Below, one piece after another: positions 1 through 9,970 of a stretch of DNA of 64,000 nt. This DNA is from Candidatus Methanomethylophilaceae archaeon. GTDB lineage: Archaea; Thermoplasmatota; Thermoplasmata; Methanomassiliicoccales; Methanomethylophilaceae. Made by a program: the position numbers and the translations under genes. Within the stretch, counting starts at the first letter, position 1; the number at the start of each line of letters is the position of its first letter. The notes under the pieces were generated by a model. That model saw only the letters and a program-made list of their open reading frames with translations, was not told the DNA's origin and did no database searches. The stretch is taken from NCBI GenBank assembly GCA_050944155.1, contig JBMNQN010000003.1:47250-111249 (forward strand). The letters run 5' to 3'.

Positions 1-238
1 CGACGCCTATCGTTCCCATTTCGTACAGCATAGCCGATGTATCCGCGGGATCCGACATGGCGGTAAGGAACGGGAACCAGGGCACGATTTCGCCGTGCCA
101 TATGTGTTCCACCGCCAGGGCTATGACGGTTGCCCAAAGCATGATGTTGAGCCATTCCATGTGATATTTTTCGGGTGCCCTCTTTGCAATCGGCAGGGTC
201 GCGATTCCGACTCCCGCCGCAACCAGGAAACATGCCAT
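1..238 (-). CDS. Conserved-looking membrane protein, runs off the left edge (MACFLVAAGVGIATLPIAKRAPEKYHMEWLNIMLWATVIALAVEHIWHGEIVPWFPFLTAM...)
   Basis: Translated by hand (not in the ORF track). ATG at 238, 2 nt after the stop of the upstream gene; hydrophobic helices and an EHIWHGE motif. Confidence 0.8.
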   Translation of the reverse strand, partial: MACFLVAAGVGIATLPIAKRAPEKYHMEWLNIMLWATVIALAVEHIWHGEIVPWFPFLTAMSDPADTSAMLYEMGTIGV

Positions 239-240
239 TT

Positions 241-552
241 TTACACACTCTCCTTTGCAGTTTTTTTGTTCGTTACGGAAATTTTGCCGGTTTTGAGGTT
301 TTTGAAGAAAACATACGCTTCCCATATCGCGAATACCGGAATGAGCATCGCGATGCTGAGAACGAACGCTTCCGAACTGATTTCAAAAAATTCGCCGCCT
401 TCCATCAGAAATCCTCCGACGTGGTCGACGAAAATACAAACCGCCAGACCCCACAGGGCAATCGCAAGGGGTCCGAATCTGTATTTCTCGGAAGAAAACA
501 GACATCCGGCTGTCACCAGCATTGCCGCAACAGTTGTCACAATCAGCCACAT
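241..552 (-). CDS. Small 3-TM membrane protein, likely paralog or partner of the gene at 1-238
   Basis: ORF 241..561; ATG at 552 preferred because GGTGA lies just upstream. Shares KY-x-(F/M)...LWG/LWA...(D/E)H layout with the downstream gene. Confidence 0.75.
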   Translation of the reverse strand: MWLIVTTVAAMLVTAGCLFSSEKYRFGPLAIALWGLAVCIFVDHVGGFLMEGGEFFEISSEAFVLSIAMLIPVFAIWEAYVFFKNLKTGKISVTNKKTAKESV

Positions 553-562
553 TCTTTTCACC

Positions 563-590
563 GTAATACTATTATGTATTACAGTAACAC
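563..590. promoter_or_regulatory. Candidate NikR-type operator (GTAATAC-N14-GTAACAC, containing the nested palindrome GTAATAC-N6-GTATTAC)
   Basis: Half-sites read directly; located between the AT-rich promoter region (~593-625) and the SD of the membrane-protein pair. Confidence 0.5.
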
Positions 591-699
591 GTTAAGTATA
601 CGAATTATTTATATTTATGTAATAAAACCGACGGGAAACGGGGAACAGCGGGCGAATCATATTTATTTATCAGCCTGACGATACGGATACGGCGATATC

Positions 700-1017
700 A
701 TGGGTTTTATGGACAAGGTATCCGCAGGTCTGAAAAATGCAGACAGCAAGCTGGGTCAGGAAGTCGACGAAAGCAGGTACAACAGCAAAATCCGCTCTCT
801 CGAAAAAGATATTTCGGATCTGAAGGCCAAACTCGGAGAAAAAGTATACGAAGCCTTCGAAAAGAACGAAGAATTCGATACGAAACCCTGCTGCGAGAAG
901 ATTAAATCCATATATGAAGAAATTGCAGCGGTCGAGGCGGAAAAAGAAGAGATGATTGCGTCGGCCAAAGCCGAACGCGAGAAGAACCGCAAAGAAGCTT
1001 CCGATAAGAAAGAGTAA
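700..1017 (+). CDS. Hypothetical charged coiled-coil protein
   Basis: 105 aa ORF with ATG, K/E-rich heptads, TATA-like TTTATTTA ~662-670 upstream and a terminator downstream. Confidence 0.75.
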   Translation: MGFMDKVSAGLKNADSKLGQEVDESRYNSKIRSLEKDISDLKAKLGEKVYEAFEKNEEFDTKPCCEKIKSIYEEIAAVEAEKEEMIASAKAEREKNRKEASDKKE

Positions 1018-1030
1018 ACCCGTTTCACAC

Positions 1031-1061
1031 GCGGAGAAACACTCCGCATTTTCTCTTTTTT
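1031..1061 (+). terminator. Hairpin plus T-tract terminator
   Basis: GCGGAG-AAACA-CTCCGC followed by ATTTTCTCTTTTTT. Confidence 0.65.
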
Positions 1062-1121
1062 GAATATATTACTATTACATTCGGTATCCGGAACGCCACT
1101 AGTTTCTGCCGACGGTAAATT

Positions 1122-1137
1122 GTTAGGCAAGCCTAAC
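1122..1137. promoter_or_regulatory. DtxR/MntR-family operator palindrome GTTAGGC-AA-GCCTAAC
   Basis: Perfect inverted repeat with the TTAGG...CCTAA core typical of DtxR-family boxes; abuts TATA TTTATTAA (1138-1145) of the dtxR-feoB operon. Confidence 0.8.
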
Positions 1138-1167
1138 TTTATTAACCAGATGCGCATTCGTCTGATT

Positions 1168-1821
1168 ATGATTACCGATAATCGCGAAGATTATCTGATA
1201 GAGATACTCAGGCTGACAAAGGACGGTTCTCCTGCGAAAACCAGCGATCTCGCCAAAATACTCGGAGTCTCGCCTGCCAGTGTTTCCGGAATGATAAAGA
1301 CGCTTTCCAAAGAGAATCTCGTGAAGTACAAAAAATACCACGGCGTAATTCTCACGGAAGAGGGAATGCAATACGCGAAACAGCTTCACAGCAAGCACCA
1401 CATCATCGAACGGTTTTTCACGGGTGTTTTGGGCATGAGTCCGGACGAGGCCCACGACGAAGCTCACAGAATGGAACACATAATCTCGGACGATTCGGCG
1501 ATACGCATATGCAGAATCATGGGAGTTCCGGACGAAAAATGCGACCTCTGCACCGAATCCTGCGCCAACGACTCTCCCGTAAAAACCGTAACGGTTCTCG
1601 GGGATCTCAAACAGGGGCAGAAGGGGAGGATATCCCATATCAAAGGCGGAGATCCGGCGTCTGTCAGGAAACTCATATCCATGGGGTTTGTTCCGGGCAG
1701 GGAAATAGAGATAGACTGCAACGTATCCAAAAGCTCTCCGAAAGTTGTAACCGTAGGAAGTTCGACGATTGCGCTCGATGCCGAAACGGCGTCTTCGATT
1801 TACGTAGAGGTTGATGCCTGA
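1168..1821 (+). CDS. DtxR/MntR-family metal-dependent repressor with C-terminal FeoA domain
   Basis: REDYL, HTH (LAKILGVSPASVSGM), HHIIERF, EAHRMEH and a FeoA-like tail (RKLISMGFVPG). Start reassigned to ATG 1168, about 25 nt after the TATA box. Confidence 0.92.
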   Translation: MITDNREDYLIEILRLTKDGSPAKTSDLAKILGVSPASVSGMIKTLSKENLVKYKKYHGVILTEEGMQYAKQLHSKHHIIERFFTGVLGMSPDEAHDEAHRMEHIISDDSAIRICRIMGVPDEKCDLCTESCANDSPVKTVTVLGDLKQGQKGRISHIKGGDPASVRKLISMGFVPGREIEIDCNVSKSSPKVVTVGSSTIALDAETASSIYVEVDA

Positions 1822-3746
1822 TGCAGGGCGGAATGTTTACCGTCGCACTGGTCGGGCAGCCCAACGTGGGCAAGTCTTCGATGTTTACGAGACTTACCGG
1901 CGTAGGCGTCATTTCGTCCAACTACGCAGGCACAACCGTAGAATTCAAAGAAGCCGTGATAGCCAGAAAAGAGAACACGGTCCGCGTTTACGACCTTCCC
2001 GGAACGTACGGAATGTCCGGAAATTCCGACGACGAAGAAGTCGTACTGAACATGGTGAAAGATCCCACTATAGATTCGGTCGTGGTCATAGCCGACGAGA
2101 CAAACCTTGTAAGCAGTCTCGTGCTGTGTTTCGAAGTCATCGAACTCGGTCTTCCCGTAATACTGGCACTTAACAAAACCGATGAAGCGAGAAAGAGATA
2201 CGTTACCGATTACGAGGCTTTGGGAAACATCATCGGCGTGCCCGTCGTTCCGGTTTCCGCAAAAACTTCCGAAGGGGTGAACAATCTCGCGGACGTCATA
2301 TGCGGCGGATTCCAGAAAATATCCCCGTTCAGAGTCGGATATTCGGACGGAATAGAAAAAGCCGTATCCGATCTGGAGCGCAGACTGGAAGAATCCAGAT
2401 TCAGCCGTCGCGGCGCGGCCGTAAAGCTTATGGAAGGCACCGAATCGTTTATAGCGGATGTTTCTCCGGAGACGGCCGCTCTTGCGGCAGAATACCGATA
2501 CGGTTTGGAATCCGAAGAGGGAATGTTCCCGGCAGTTTCCATAGGAAAGAGCAGGTACGAAGCGTCCGAAGAAGTCGTAAAAAAAGTACAGACGAAAATC
2601 GACGCACCCCTCAGCAGAAAGGAACGCATTTCAGAGATACTGATTACTCCGTCCACGGGAATTCCAATATTTCTGGCTATATGTTTCTCGCTGTTCGTCA
2701 TAATGCTTTTCGGAGGTGCGAAACTGGACGAAGGCGTGATGTACCTTTACGATGCGGCCGTAGGAAACGCAATCCCCGAATTCGGCTTTAAAGTGGGAGG
2801 GGACATAGGCGAAGCGATTGCCAAAGGAATCGACGGCAGCATACGGGCGATTCTTTCCTTGGTGATTCCTTACATAATGCTGTTCTACATTATGCTGGGT
2901 CTTTTGGAAGATACGGGATATCTTCCCCGTGCCGTGGTTCTGATCGACAGAACAATGCACAGATTCGGTCTGCACGGAGGAGCGTTTATTCCCATGATTG
3001 TGGGGCTCGGATGCAACGTACCGGCAGTGATGGCCGCCCGTACAATACGGTCCAGACGCGAAAGACTGATTCTTACAACTCTGATCGTGGTGTGCGTACC
3101 CTGTTCGGCACAGTTGGCAATCATAATGGGAGTGGTGGGAAAATATTCGGGAATCCTTTACGCGTTTGCGATACTTCTGATATTGCTGGCACTTATGGTT
3201 CTGCTCGGTTATGCCATGAACCGTCTGCTTAAGTACGAGCCGTCGGCGCTGACCATGGAGCTTCCCGAACTTACCGTACCCTCCGGAAAAAACATTGCCT
3301 ACAAAACATGGGAGAGAATGAAAGATTTCTTCACCATAGCCTTCCCGCTTCTGGTCGTGGGAAGCATCATCGTGGAGATTGCTCTGAAATACAATCTTCT
3401 GGACTTTTTGGTGGAGCCCACCAGTTTCATAACCGCGGGCATGCTGGGTCTTCCCGCCGTGCTGATAGTGGCGTTCATCGTGGGAATTCTCAGAAAAGAG
3501 ATGGCCGTGGGTATGCTTATCGTGATAGCGGCAAGTGAGGGATTTACGGATCTGACGATGTTCATGACTCCGGAACAGTTCTTCGTTTTCGGAATCGTCA
3601 TGGCGATTTACATGCCGTGCATCGCGACCATAGCCACCATGTGGAAAGAATTGGGGCTGAAAGAAACCGTTGCGGTATCCCTGTTTTCCATCGCCGTGGC
3701 CATAGCCGTAGGGACCGTTGCCAACCAGATACTTATGATAGTCTGA
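1821..3746 (+). CDS. feoB: Ferrous iron transporter FeoB
   Basis: G1 GQPNVGKS, G3 DLPG, G4 NKTD, gate motifs GLGCNVPA and VPCSAQL, MPCIAT; multiple TM helices. Confidence 0.95.
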   Translation: MQGGMFTVALVGQPNVGKSSMFTRLTGVGVISSNYAGTTVEFKEAVIARKENTVRVYDLPGTYGMSGNSDDEEVVLNMVKDPTIDSVVVIADETNLVSSLVLCFEVIELGLPVILALNKTDEARKRYVTDYEALGNIIGVPVVPVSAKTSEGVNNLADVICGGFQKISPFRVGYSDGIEKAVSDLERRLEESRFSRRGAAVKLMEGTESFIADVSPETAALAAEYRYGLESEEGMFPAVSIGKSRYEASEEVVKKVQTKIDAPLSRKERISEILITPSTGIPIFLAICFSLFVIMLFGGAKLDEGVMYLYDAAVGNAIPEFGFKVGGDIGEAIAKGIDGSIRAILSLVIPYIMLFYIMLGLLEDTGYLPRAVVLIDRTMHRFGLHGGAFIPMIVGLGCNVPAVMAARTIRSRRERLILTTLIVVCVPCSAQLAIIMGVVGKYSGILYAFAILLILLALMVLLGYAMNRLLKYEPSALTMELPELTVPSGKNIAYKTWERMKDFFTIAFPLLVVGSIIVEIALKYNLLDFLVEPTSFITAGMLGLPAVLIVAFIVGILRKEMAVGMLIVIAASEGFTDLTMFMTPEQFFVFGIVMAIYMPCIATIATMWKELGLKETVAVSLFSIAVAIAVGTVANQILMIV

Positions 3747-5426
3747 TCAGCGGTGGGTGTAGACCGCCTTTATCAGAGAGGGCGAAACCTCTTCCAATCT
3801 TACGAATCCGAATCTTTCGAACTGAACGGTATCGCTCTTTTCTTTCAGAATTGCGTTTTCGGTCAGACCCTCGGCCGTAGTGCCGTCGGGCATGAGCACC
3901 CTGGTTTCGATGCTGTCTCTGGAAACCCACTGTACGGCGTGCACCCCTTCTCTGAGAACGGAAATGTCGTTTCCGTCGTACACGGCGGGAAGTCCGAATT
4001 TAATGTTGCACAGATCCTTCAGTCTCATGCGTCCCGTTTCGGAAAATTCCTCGGAATCGGTATCGGAAACGAAGACCGTTCTGCTTCCCGCAAGCAGGTA
4101 ATGTTTGGTTCCCCTCTCAGGATGATCCGGATGCAGAGGCGCCTCGCCCTCTACGGAATCGATTCCGTCTATGTCGTAACGCACCGGATTCTTCACGAAG
4201 AAATATCTGTTAGAAACATCGTCGATGATATCGCGGTTCATTCCGTAGAGGTTGTCCCAGCTGAACTGAATATCCACGGATTTCATTCCCGCTTCCACCC
4301 AGTAACGCCTTATCGCTTCGGGGCGGATCCCTCTCTTTTTCAGCGCTATCACCGTACCGGTGCGCACATCGTCCCATCCGGTGTATTCTCCGCTGAGTAT
4401 GCTCTGTTTTATAAGGGAGGTTTTGAGAACCGTGTCGGGAATGTTTACGAGCCCGTAATGATAGTACACGGGTTTTTTCCATCCGAAGTAATCGAAAATG
4501 TACTCCTGTCTGAGAGTGTTGTTGAGGTGGTCCTTTCCGCGGATCACATGGGTCATTCCCATATCGTGGTCGTCCACCGCCACTGACAGATTCATCATGG
4601 GATATGCCGAATATCTGTCTCCGGTAAGAGGGTGGGGATGGGAAACAATCCTCAATGCCACGAAATCCCTGACTGCGGGATTGGGATGTGCCAGATCGGT
4701 TTTTACTACGGTGACCGCTTCCCCTTCTCCGTATTCTCCGGAAAGGAATTTTTCGTATCTTTCCATCTGCGTTTCCACGGGCAGATTTCTGCAGGGACAG
4801 GGAAGAGACCGTTCTTTCAGGCTGCGCCATTCGTCCCCGTCGCATGTGCACACGTAAGCGTGTCCCTCTTCGATGAGCTTCTTTACGCGTTCGTAATAAA
4901 GTTCGAAACGTTCGGACTGAATGTATGTTTTATCTGTTTTGACTCCCAGCCACTCCAGGTCTTCCGGAATCATGTCGTAGGCTTCCCGGTTTATTTTTTC
5001 GGGGTTGGTGTCTTCCAGACGGAGAATCAGTTTTCCTCCGTATCTTTTGAGATATTCGTCGTTGAGGATGGCAACCCTTGTGTGGCCTATGTGCAGGGGG
5101 CCCGAAGGACCCGGGGCAATGCGCATGACGACTCCATTTTCGACTCCTTCCAAATCGGGAAGTCTGTACACGCGTTCTTTTTTCTCTTTCACAAGCAGGG
5201 AAGAATCCAGTTCCGCAAGTTTTTCGGACTGGGCTTCCGGGGACATGGAATTGACTTCTTCCACAATCCCGTTCACCGTTTCCCCGATTTCTCCGGCTTT
5301 GGCCCTGTATTCGGGGAATCCCGAAAGAATTTTTCCGAGAACCGCCTTGGGGTTCGCTTTTCCTTTAAAGAATACGGCGTTCTGGAGTGCATATTTTCTG
5401 ATTTCTTCCTCGAGATTCGGAGCCAT
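3747..5426 (-). CDS. gltX: Glutamate--tRNA ligase (archaeal type)
   Basis: RIAPGPSGPLHIGH, LRLEDTNP, THVIRGKDH, QFERFGFVR. Confidence 0.96.
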   Translation of the reverse strand: MAPNLEEEIRKYALQNAVFFKGKANPKAVLGKILSGFPEYRAKAGEIGETVNGIVEEVNSMSPEAQSEKLAELDSSLLVKEKKERVYRLPDLEGVENGVVMRIAPGPSGPLHIGHTRVAILNDEYLKRYGGKLILRLEDTNPEKINREAYDMIPEDLEWLGVKTDKTYIQSERFELYYERVKKLIEEGHAYVCTCDGDEWRSLKERSLPCPCRNLPVETQMERYEKFLSGEYGEGEAVTVVKTDLAHPNPAVRDFVALRIVSHPHPLTGDRYSAYPMMNLSVAVDDHDMGMTHVIRGKDHLNNTLRQEYIFDYFGWKKPVYYHYGLVNIPDTVLKTSLIKQSILSGEYTGWDDVRTGTVIALKKRGIRPEAIRRYWVEAGMKSVDIQFSWDNLYGMNRDIIDDVSNRYFFVKNPVRYDIDGIDSVEGEAPLHPDHPERGTKHYLLAGSRTVFVSDTDSEEFSETGRMRLKDLCNIKFGLPAVYDGNDISVLREGVHAVQWVSRDSIETRVLMPDGTTAEGLTENAILKEKSDTVQFERFGFVRLEEVSPSLIKAVYTHR

Positions 5427-5997
5427 CGGCAACGGATTCGGGTGCCCGTATAAATCGTTGACCTTTCGCCTGCTCTTTTGCGCTTTTCCCGGGGGAAGAT
5501 TAAAGTTTGCCGTATTTTTACTGAAACACCGTTTTTCTGTTTTTTATGCTATACGCACACACCTCTTTCGGACTTTCCGATATTTGTTTCCTCATATAGG
5601 CATAAATTCTGTCGCGCCGCACAAATGGCCGGACGGCAAAAAAACAGCCACAAAGAAAAACTGGTAAAATCGATCCGCAGTTGTAATCAAAATCTTCTGC
5701 GGGGCGGGCACTCTTTCCGGGGATATGCATTCAAAATTGCCGAAAATGCAACTGCATTTCCGTCAGGTCTGCATTCGGAAACTCCAGCTCATCCGTAGCA
5801 AGGTAAGGGGCAACGGTATAGAGTGCCTTACTTCGCCCCGAAAAGGACGGGGGAACAGGGGTGCTTGCGAAATTTTTCCTTCACAACATTCCGAGAGTGA
5901 TTGTGTTACCTGCCCGAATCGATAATTTCCGCAGATTTACGGATGTGCATATCTTTTTAAGCGGAAAAGTGCTGATTTAATCATAAGTCGGTACAGC

Positions 5998-8198
5998 ACG
6001 TCGAATAATGCGCATAAGAACAGCCTTTTCACTAAACGCAATCTGATTTTGTCCGCGGCCGTTTTCTTTTTGGCGGTCGCATCGTTCGGGGTTCTGACGG
6101 GTTTTGCCGATGATGCGGATGCGGTCCTGTTTGATAAGGACGGACTCAAATACGAAACCACCTCCGTCGACGAAGTTACGGTTACCGGCACTACATTGAG
6201 CTCCGGGGATTTGGTAATTCCCCCCTCAGTTATTTACGGCGGGACGAATTACACAGTCACCTCCATCGGGAATAACGCATTCTACGGCTGTTCCGGGTTC
6301 ACTGATTCTCTGACCATACCCAATAGCGTAAGACCATCGAGTATTCCGCATTCCAGGGTTGTTCCGGGTTCAAAGGTAACCTCGTCATACCGGACAGCGT
6401 CACTTCCATAGGGGATTATGCATTCTATGAGTGTTCCGGGTTTGACGGCAACCTTACGATACCCGGCACCGTCAAGTCCATCGGTAGGTCCGCATTCTTT
6501 GGCTGTTCCAAGTTAACCGGCGACCTCACCATACCCGATGGCGTCGAGTCCATCGGGATTAACGCATTCTGTGGATGTTCCAGGTTCGACGGTACCCTCA
6601 AGATATCCAGCGATGTCACATCCATCGGGCATTCCGTATTCTCTCACTGTTCCATGTTAACCGGTAACCTCACCATACCCGGCTCCGTCAAGTCCATCGG
6701 TGATTCCGCATTCTATGGGTGTTCCAAGTTAACCGGCCCCCTCACCATACCCGGCTCCGTCGAGTCCATCGGGGATTACGCGTTTCAGGATTGTTCCGAG
6801 TTAACTGGTAACCTCGTCATACCGGACAGCGTCACAACCATCGGGGAATCAGCATTCTACGGGGCGGAGTCTTTTAAGGGCCTAACCTTTGCCGGAGAAA
6901 GTTTTCCCGCAATCGGAAGCAATGCATTTAATTTCAACACGACTTCGAAGGAAAAACGCTACGATCTTAAATTCCAGTCCAACAGGCCGTTGCCCGACAC
7001 AATGAAGTACGATCACACGAAATTCCAATGCGAAATAATCTGGAACTTTGGTGAAATCTCTTATTCACAGGACTGTCTCTACGGAACCCTTCCGGAATAT
7101 GAAGGAACCGTACCCGCCGGAAATTTCTTTGAATGGCCGGCTGTCGAAGAGGTAACCGGTCCGAAGGAATATACCGTCGCGTACAAAGAAATCACCGTGG
7201 ATTTCGGCGAAGACAATTACTACTACACGGGTTCCCCAGTAGTTCCGGAAGTAACCGTTAAAATCGGTTCCGATATACTCGAAAAAGACACGGACTACGA
7301 GATTTCTTATTCGGAAACCTATGTTGGCTCCGCCGCCGTCACCATCACGGGCATCGGCAAGTACGGAGGAACCGTCGAAAAAGGATTTGAGATCCTCAAG
7401 GCGAAGCTGACGGTCACCGCCGAAGACAAGACGGTCACCTTCTCCGAAGCAGCTCCCGAGTTTACCGCGAAGTACGAAGGGTTTGTGAACGACGAGAACG
7501 AAAGCGTTCTCGGCGGAACTCTGGAATTCGACTGCGGTTACGACGGATCCGTTTACGCGGAGACCTTCGACATAATACCCAATGGATTAACATCGGACAA
7601 CTACAACATAACGTTCGTTAAGGGCACCCTTACCGTCTCGAAGGCGGAGATCGGCATACCGACCGCCGTATCCGGACTTACCTACAACGGTGCGGAACAG
7701 ACCGGCGTCCCCGTGGGCGAGGGCTACACAATAACCGGGAATACCGGCATTAATGCCGGCGGTTACACAGCAACAGCAACCCTCGATGACGGTTATGCCT
7801 GGTCCGACGGTTCCGTCGATAACAAGACGATTGAATGGTCCATAGCCAAGGCGATACTTACCGCCGCTTACTCTGGAGAGACCGTAACTTACGGCGACAG
7901 CCCTGAACTGAATGTCACGGTGACGGGCTTCGTCAACGGAGAGACGGCCGAAACTGCGGCCGGCTACGTTGCACCGACGGTGATTAACGAAAACACTGAC
8001 GCGGGTACCTACACCCTGGTGCCGGCAGGCGGCTCCGCTCTCAACTACGACTTCGAATACGTATCCGGCACCCTAACCATAGAGGCAAACGCACCTGCCG
8101 AGAATACGGGCGTCTCCCTGGGCGCGATTGCTGCCACCGTTGCGGTTCTGGCAGTCGCCGCCGCTGCCGTTGCGTTCTGGCTGCTGAGACGTAAGTGA
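5998..8198 (+). pseudogene. BspA-type leucine-rich-repeat surface protein/adhesin with MBG-like domains and C-terminal TM anchor; frameshifted near 6330
   Basis: Signal peptide in ORF 6049..6411. LRR reading continues in another frame from ~6331 without a stop into ORF 6654..8198. C-terminal hydrophobic helix plus RRK. No ATG at the 5' end (ACG at 5998, TTG at 6049). Confidence 0.8.
6260..6880 (+). repeat. About 8-9 tandem 72-bp (24-aa) LRR units, consensus LTIPxSVxSIGxxAFxGCSxLTG
   Basis: Recurring ctcaccataccc...gtc(a/g)agtccatcgg...gcattc...tgttcc units. Confidence 0.88.
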
Positions 8199-8231
8199 GT
8201 CCGGGATGCCCGCTCTGTGGGCGTCCCGGGC
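8199..8231 (+). terminator. Strong GC-rich hairpin immediately after the adhesin stop codon
   Basis: GTCCGGGATGCCCGC-TCT-GTGGGCGTCCCGGGC, a 15-bp stem including GU pairs; no clear U-tract. Confidence 0.5.
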
Positions 8232-8638
8232 CAAACCTCTTACCGCACACTCGCGGCGGATTATCGTAAATTCTGCCCCCAGGGCGCGCAATAAACCTAT
8301 TAACTCCCGAATCAGCGTTCACTTACTTCGTCGGGCAATCCGTTACGGCACTGTCTTTTGAACGGAATCCCGCCGTAGGGAGTATGGCTTTCAGACCGGA
8401 GTCACCCCGAAGAAGATTTCCATTGTGAATGCGGAGCAATCTTACCCGTTTTCTTCATTTATGACTTTTCCTTTTGCCGTCTGGATATGTGTGCGGCGCG
8501 ACAGAACGTATGTTAATATTTACCGAAAAAACAAACAGCAGAAAGTCCAAAATGCAGCAATCTTCGGTATTACCAGGAATTATTCAGCAGAGTACTTTTT
8601 GATGGTCAGATTATATATTATCGAACCAATCATCGTTT

Positions 8639-9898
8639 ATGACAGTCAGAGATTCCATAGCGGGCGGTTTCGTCTCCGTAAAGGAAGAGACGGACAGAGA
8701 TTCGGGTAAAATCACCGAAATACTGTCCGGTGACCAATCCTCGACGTTTCTTTTCGAGAACATCAACGGAAGGAAAGCCGCCGGCAACTGCTTTTCCACC
8801 AGAAAGAAGATTGCGGACGCTCTCGGCATAAAACCCGAAGAAATCATAAACGCAATGTCCGCGGCCGCTGCTTCCCCGCAGCCCGTGACCGAAACAAAGA
8901 AACCCGCATTCAGGGAAAAAGCCGTAAAAACGGATCTGACCGAACTCCCCATACCGAAATACTATCCCGAAGACGGAGGACGCTACATCTCCTCCGGCGT
9001 AATCGTTGCGGAATGGGGAGGCAAGAAAAACGTTTCTTTCCACAGAATGATGATTATGGGTCCGGACAAGATGGCCGTAAGACTGGTTCCCAGACACCTG
9101 TACACAATGTACAACGCGGCCAAAAAAGCAGGGGAGGAACTGAAGATAGCCGTATGCGTGGGAGTTCCCGCGGAAGTTCTTCTGGGAGCCGCAACGTCCA
9201 CGGATTACGAAACGGACGAACTGGAAGTAGCGTCCGCTCTGAGAGTCAACGCCGGAAAGAAACCTCTGGAAGTGGGAAAGTGCGATAACGGTCTGTACGT
9301 TCCGGCCGATACCGACTACGTCTTCGAAGGACGCATAACCTTCGAAGAAACGGCCGAAGGACCGTTCGTGGATATCACGAACACTTACGATACGGTGAGA
9401 CAGCAGCCCGTAATAAAAATCGATAAAATCTGGAGCTGCAAAGACCCGATATTCCATCTGCTTCTGCCCGGAGGATGGGAACACTATCTTCTCATGGGCC
9501 TTCCCAGGGAACCCATGATTCTCAAATCCGTAAGACAGGCTGTACCCAGAGTCAAAGCGGTGCGTTTGACCGAAGGGGGATGTTGCTGGCTAAACGGAGT
9601 CGTATCTGTTGCCAAAAACAAGGAAGGCGACGGCGTAAACGCAATAATGGCCGCGTTTACCGGACACACGTCCATGAAACAGGTAATCGTTGTCGACGAC
9701 GACATAGACATATTCGACGACAGGGAAGTGGAATGGGCGGTGGCCACGAGAATGCAGGGAGACGGAATAATCAGAATACCGGGAGCGGCCGGATCGTCTC
9801 TGGATCCGAGCGCGGGAAAGGTAACGTGGAAAATCGGGTACGACGCCACTCTGCCTCTGGACGCGGATCTGAAGGTATTCAGAAAGGTTTCCTTATGA
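8639..9898 (+). CDS. UbiD-family decarboxylase (possibly anhydromevalonate phosphate decarboxylase of the archaeal mevalonate pathway)
   Basis: DGGRYISSG, NVSFHR, EGPFVD, EH, VDDDIDIFD..VEWAVATR, SSLDPS; 419 aa. Confidence 0.88.
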   Translation: MTVRDSIAGGFVSVKEETDRDSGKITEILSGDQSSTFLFENINGRKAAGNCFSTRKKIADALGIKPEEIINAMSAAAASPQPVTETKKPAFREKAVKTDLTELPIPKYYPEDGGRYISSGVIVAEWGGKKNVSFHRMMIMGPDKMAVRLVPRHLYTMYNAAKKAGEELKIAVCVGVPAEVLLGAATSTDYETDELEVASALRVNAGKKPLEVGKCDNGLYVPADTDYVFEGRITFEETAEGPFVDITNTYDTVRQQPVIKIDKIWSCKDPIFHLLLPGGWEHYLLMGLPREPMILKSVRQAVPRVKAVRLTEGGCCWLNGVVSVAKNKEGDGVNAIMAAFTGHTSMKQVIVVDDDIDIFDDREVEWAVATRMQGDGIIRIPGAAGSSLDPSAGKVTWKIGYDATLPLDADLKVFRKVSL

Positions 9899-9970
9899 TG
9901 TCTTTTGCAAAGGTCTTATAATAAGAATATGCATATGCGGTTAAGAACCCCGTAAGGGAATGGTGAACAA

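Noticed and set aside
6409-6411. TAG ending ORF 6049..6411 as a possible pyrrolysine read-through
   Set aside because: The LRR pattern leaves this frame at ~6330, so the TAG is out of frame; a frameshift explains the break.
6260-6880. Periodic repeats as a possible CRISPR array or DGR template
   Set aside because: The 72-bp period is protein-coding LRR with degenerate repeats; no unique spacers, cas genes or reverse transcriptase in the window.
8280-8420. Possible tRNA or att remnant downstream of the adhesin
   Set aside because: No T-loop consensus or cloverleaf, and no direct repeat found on the other flank.
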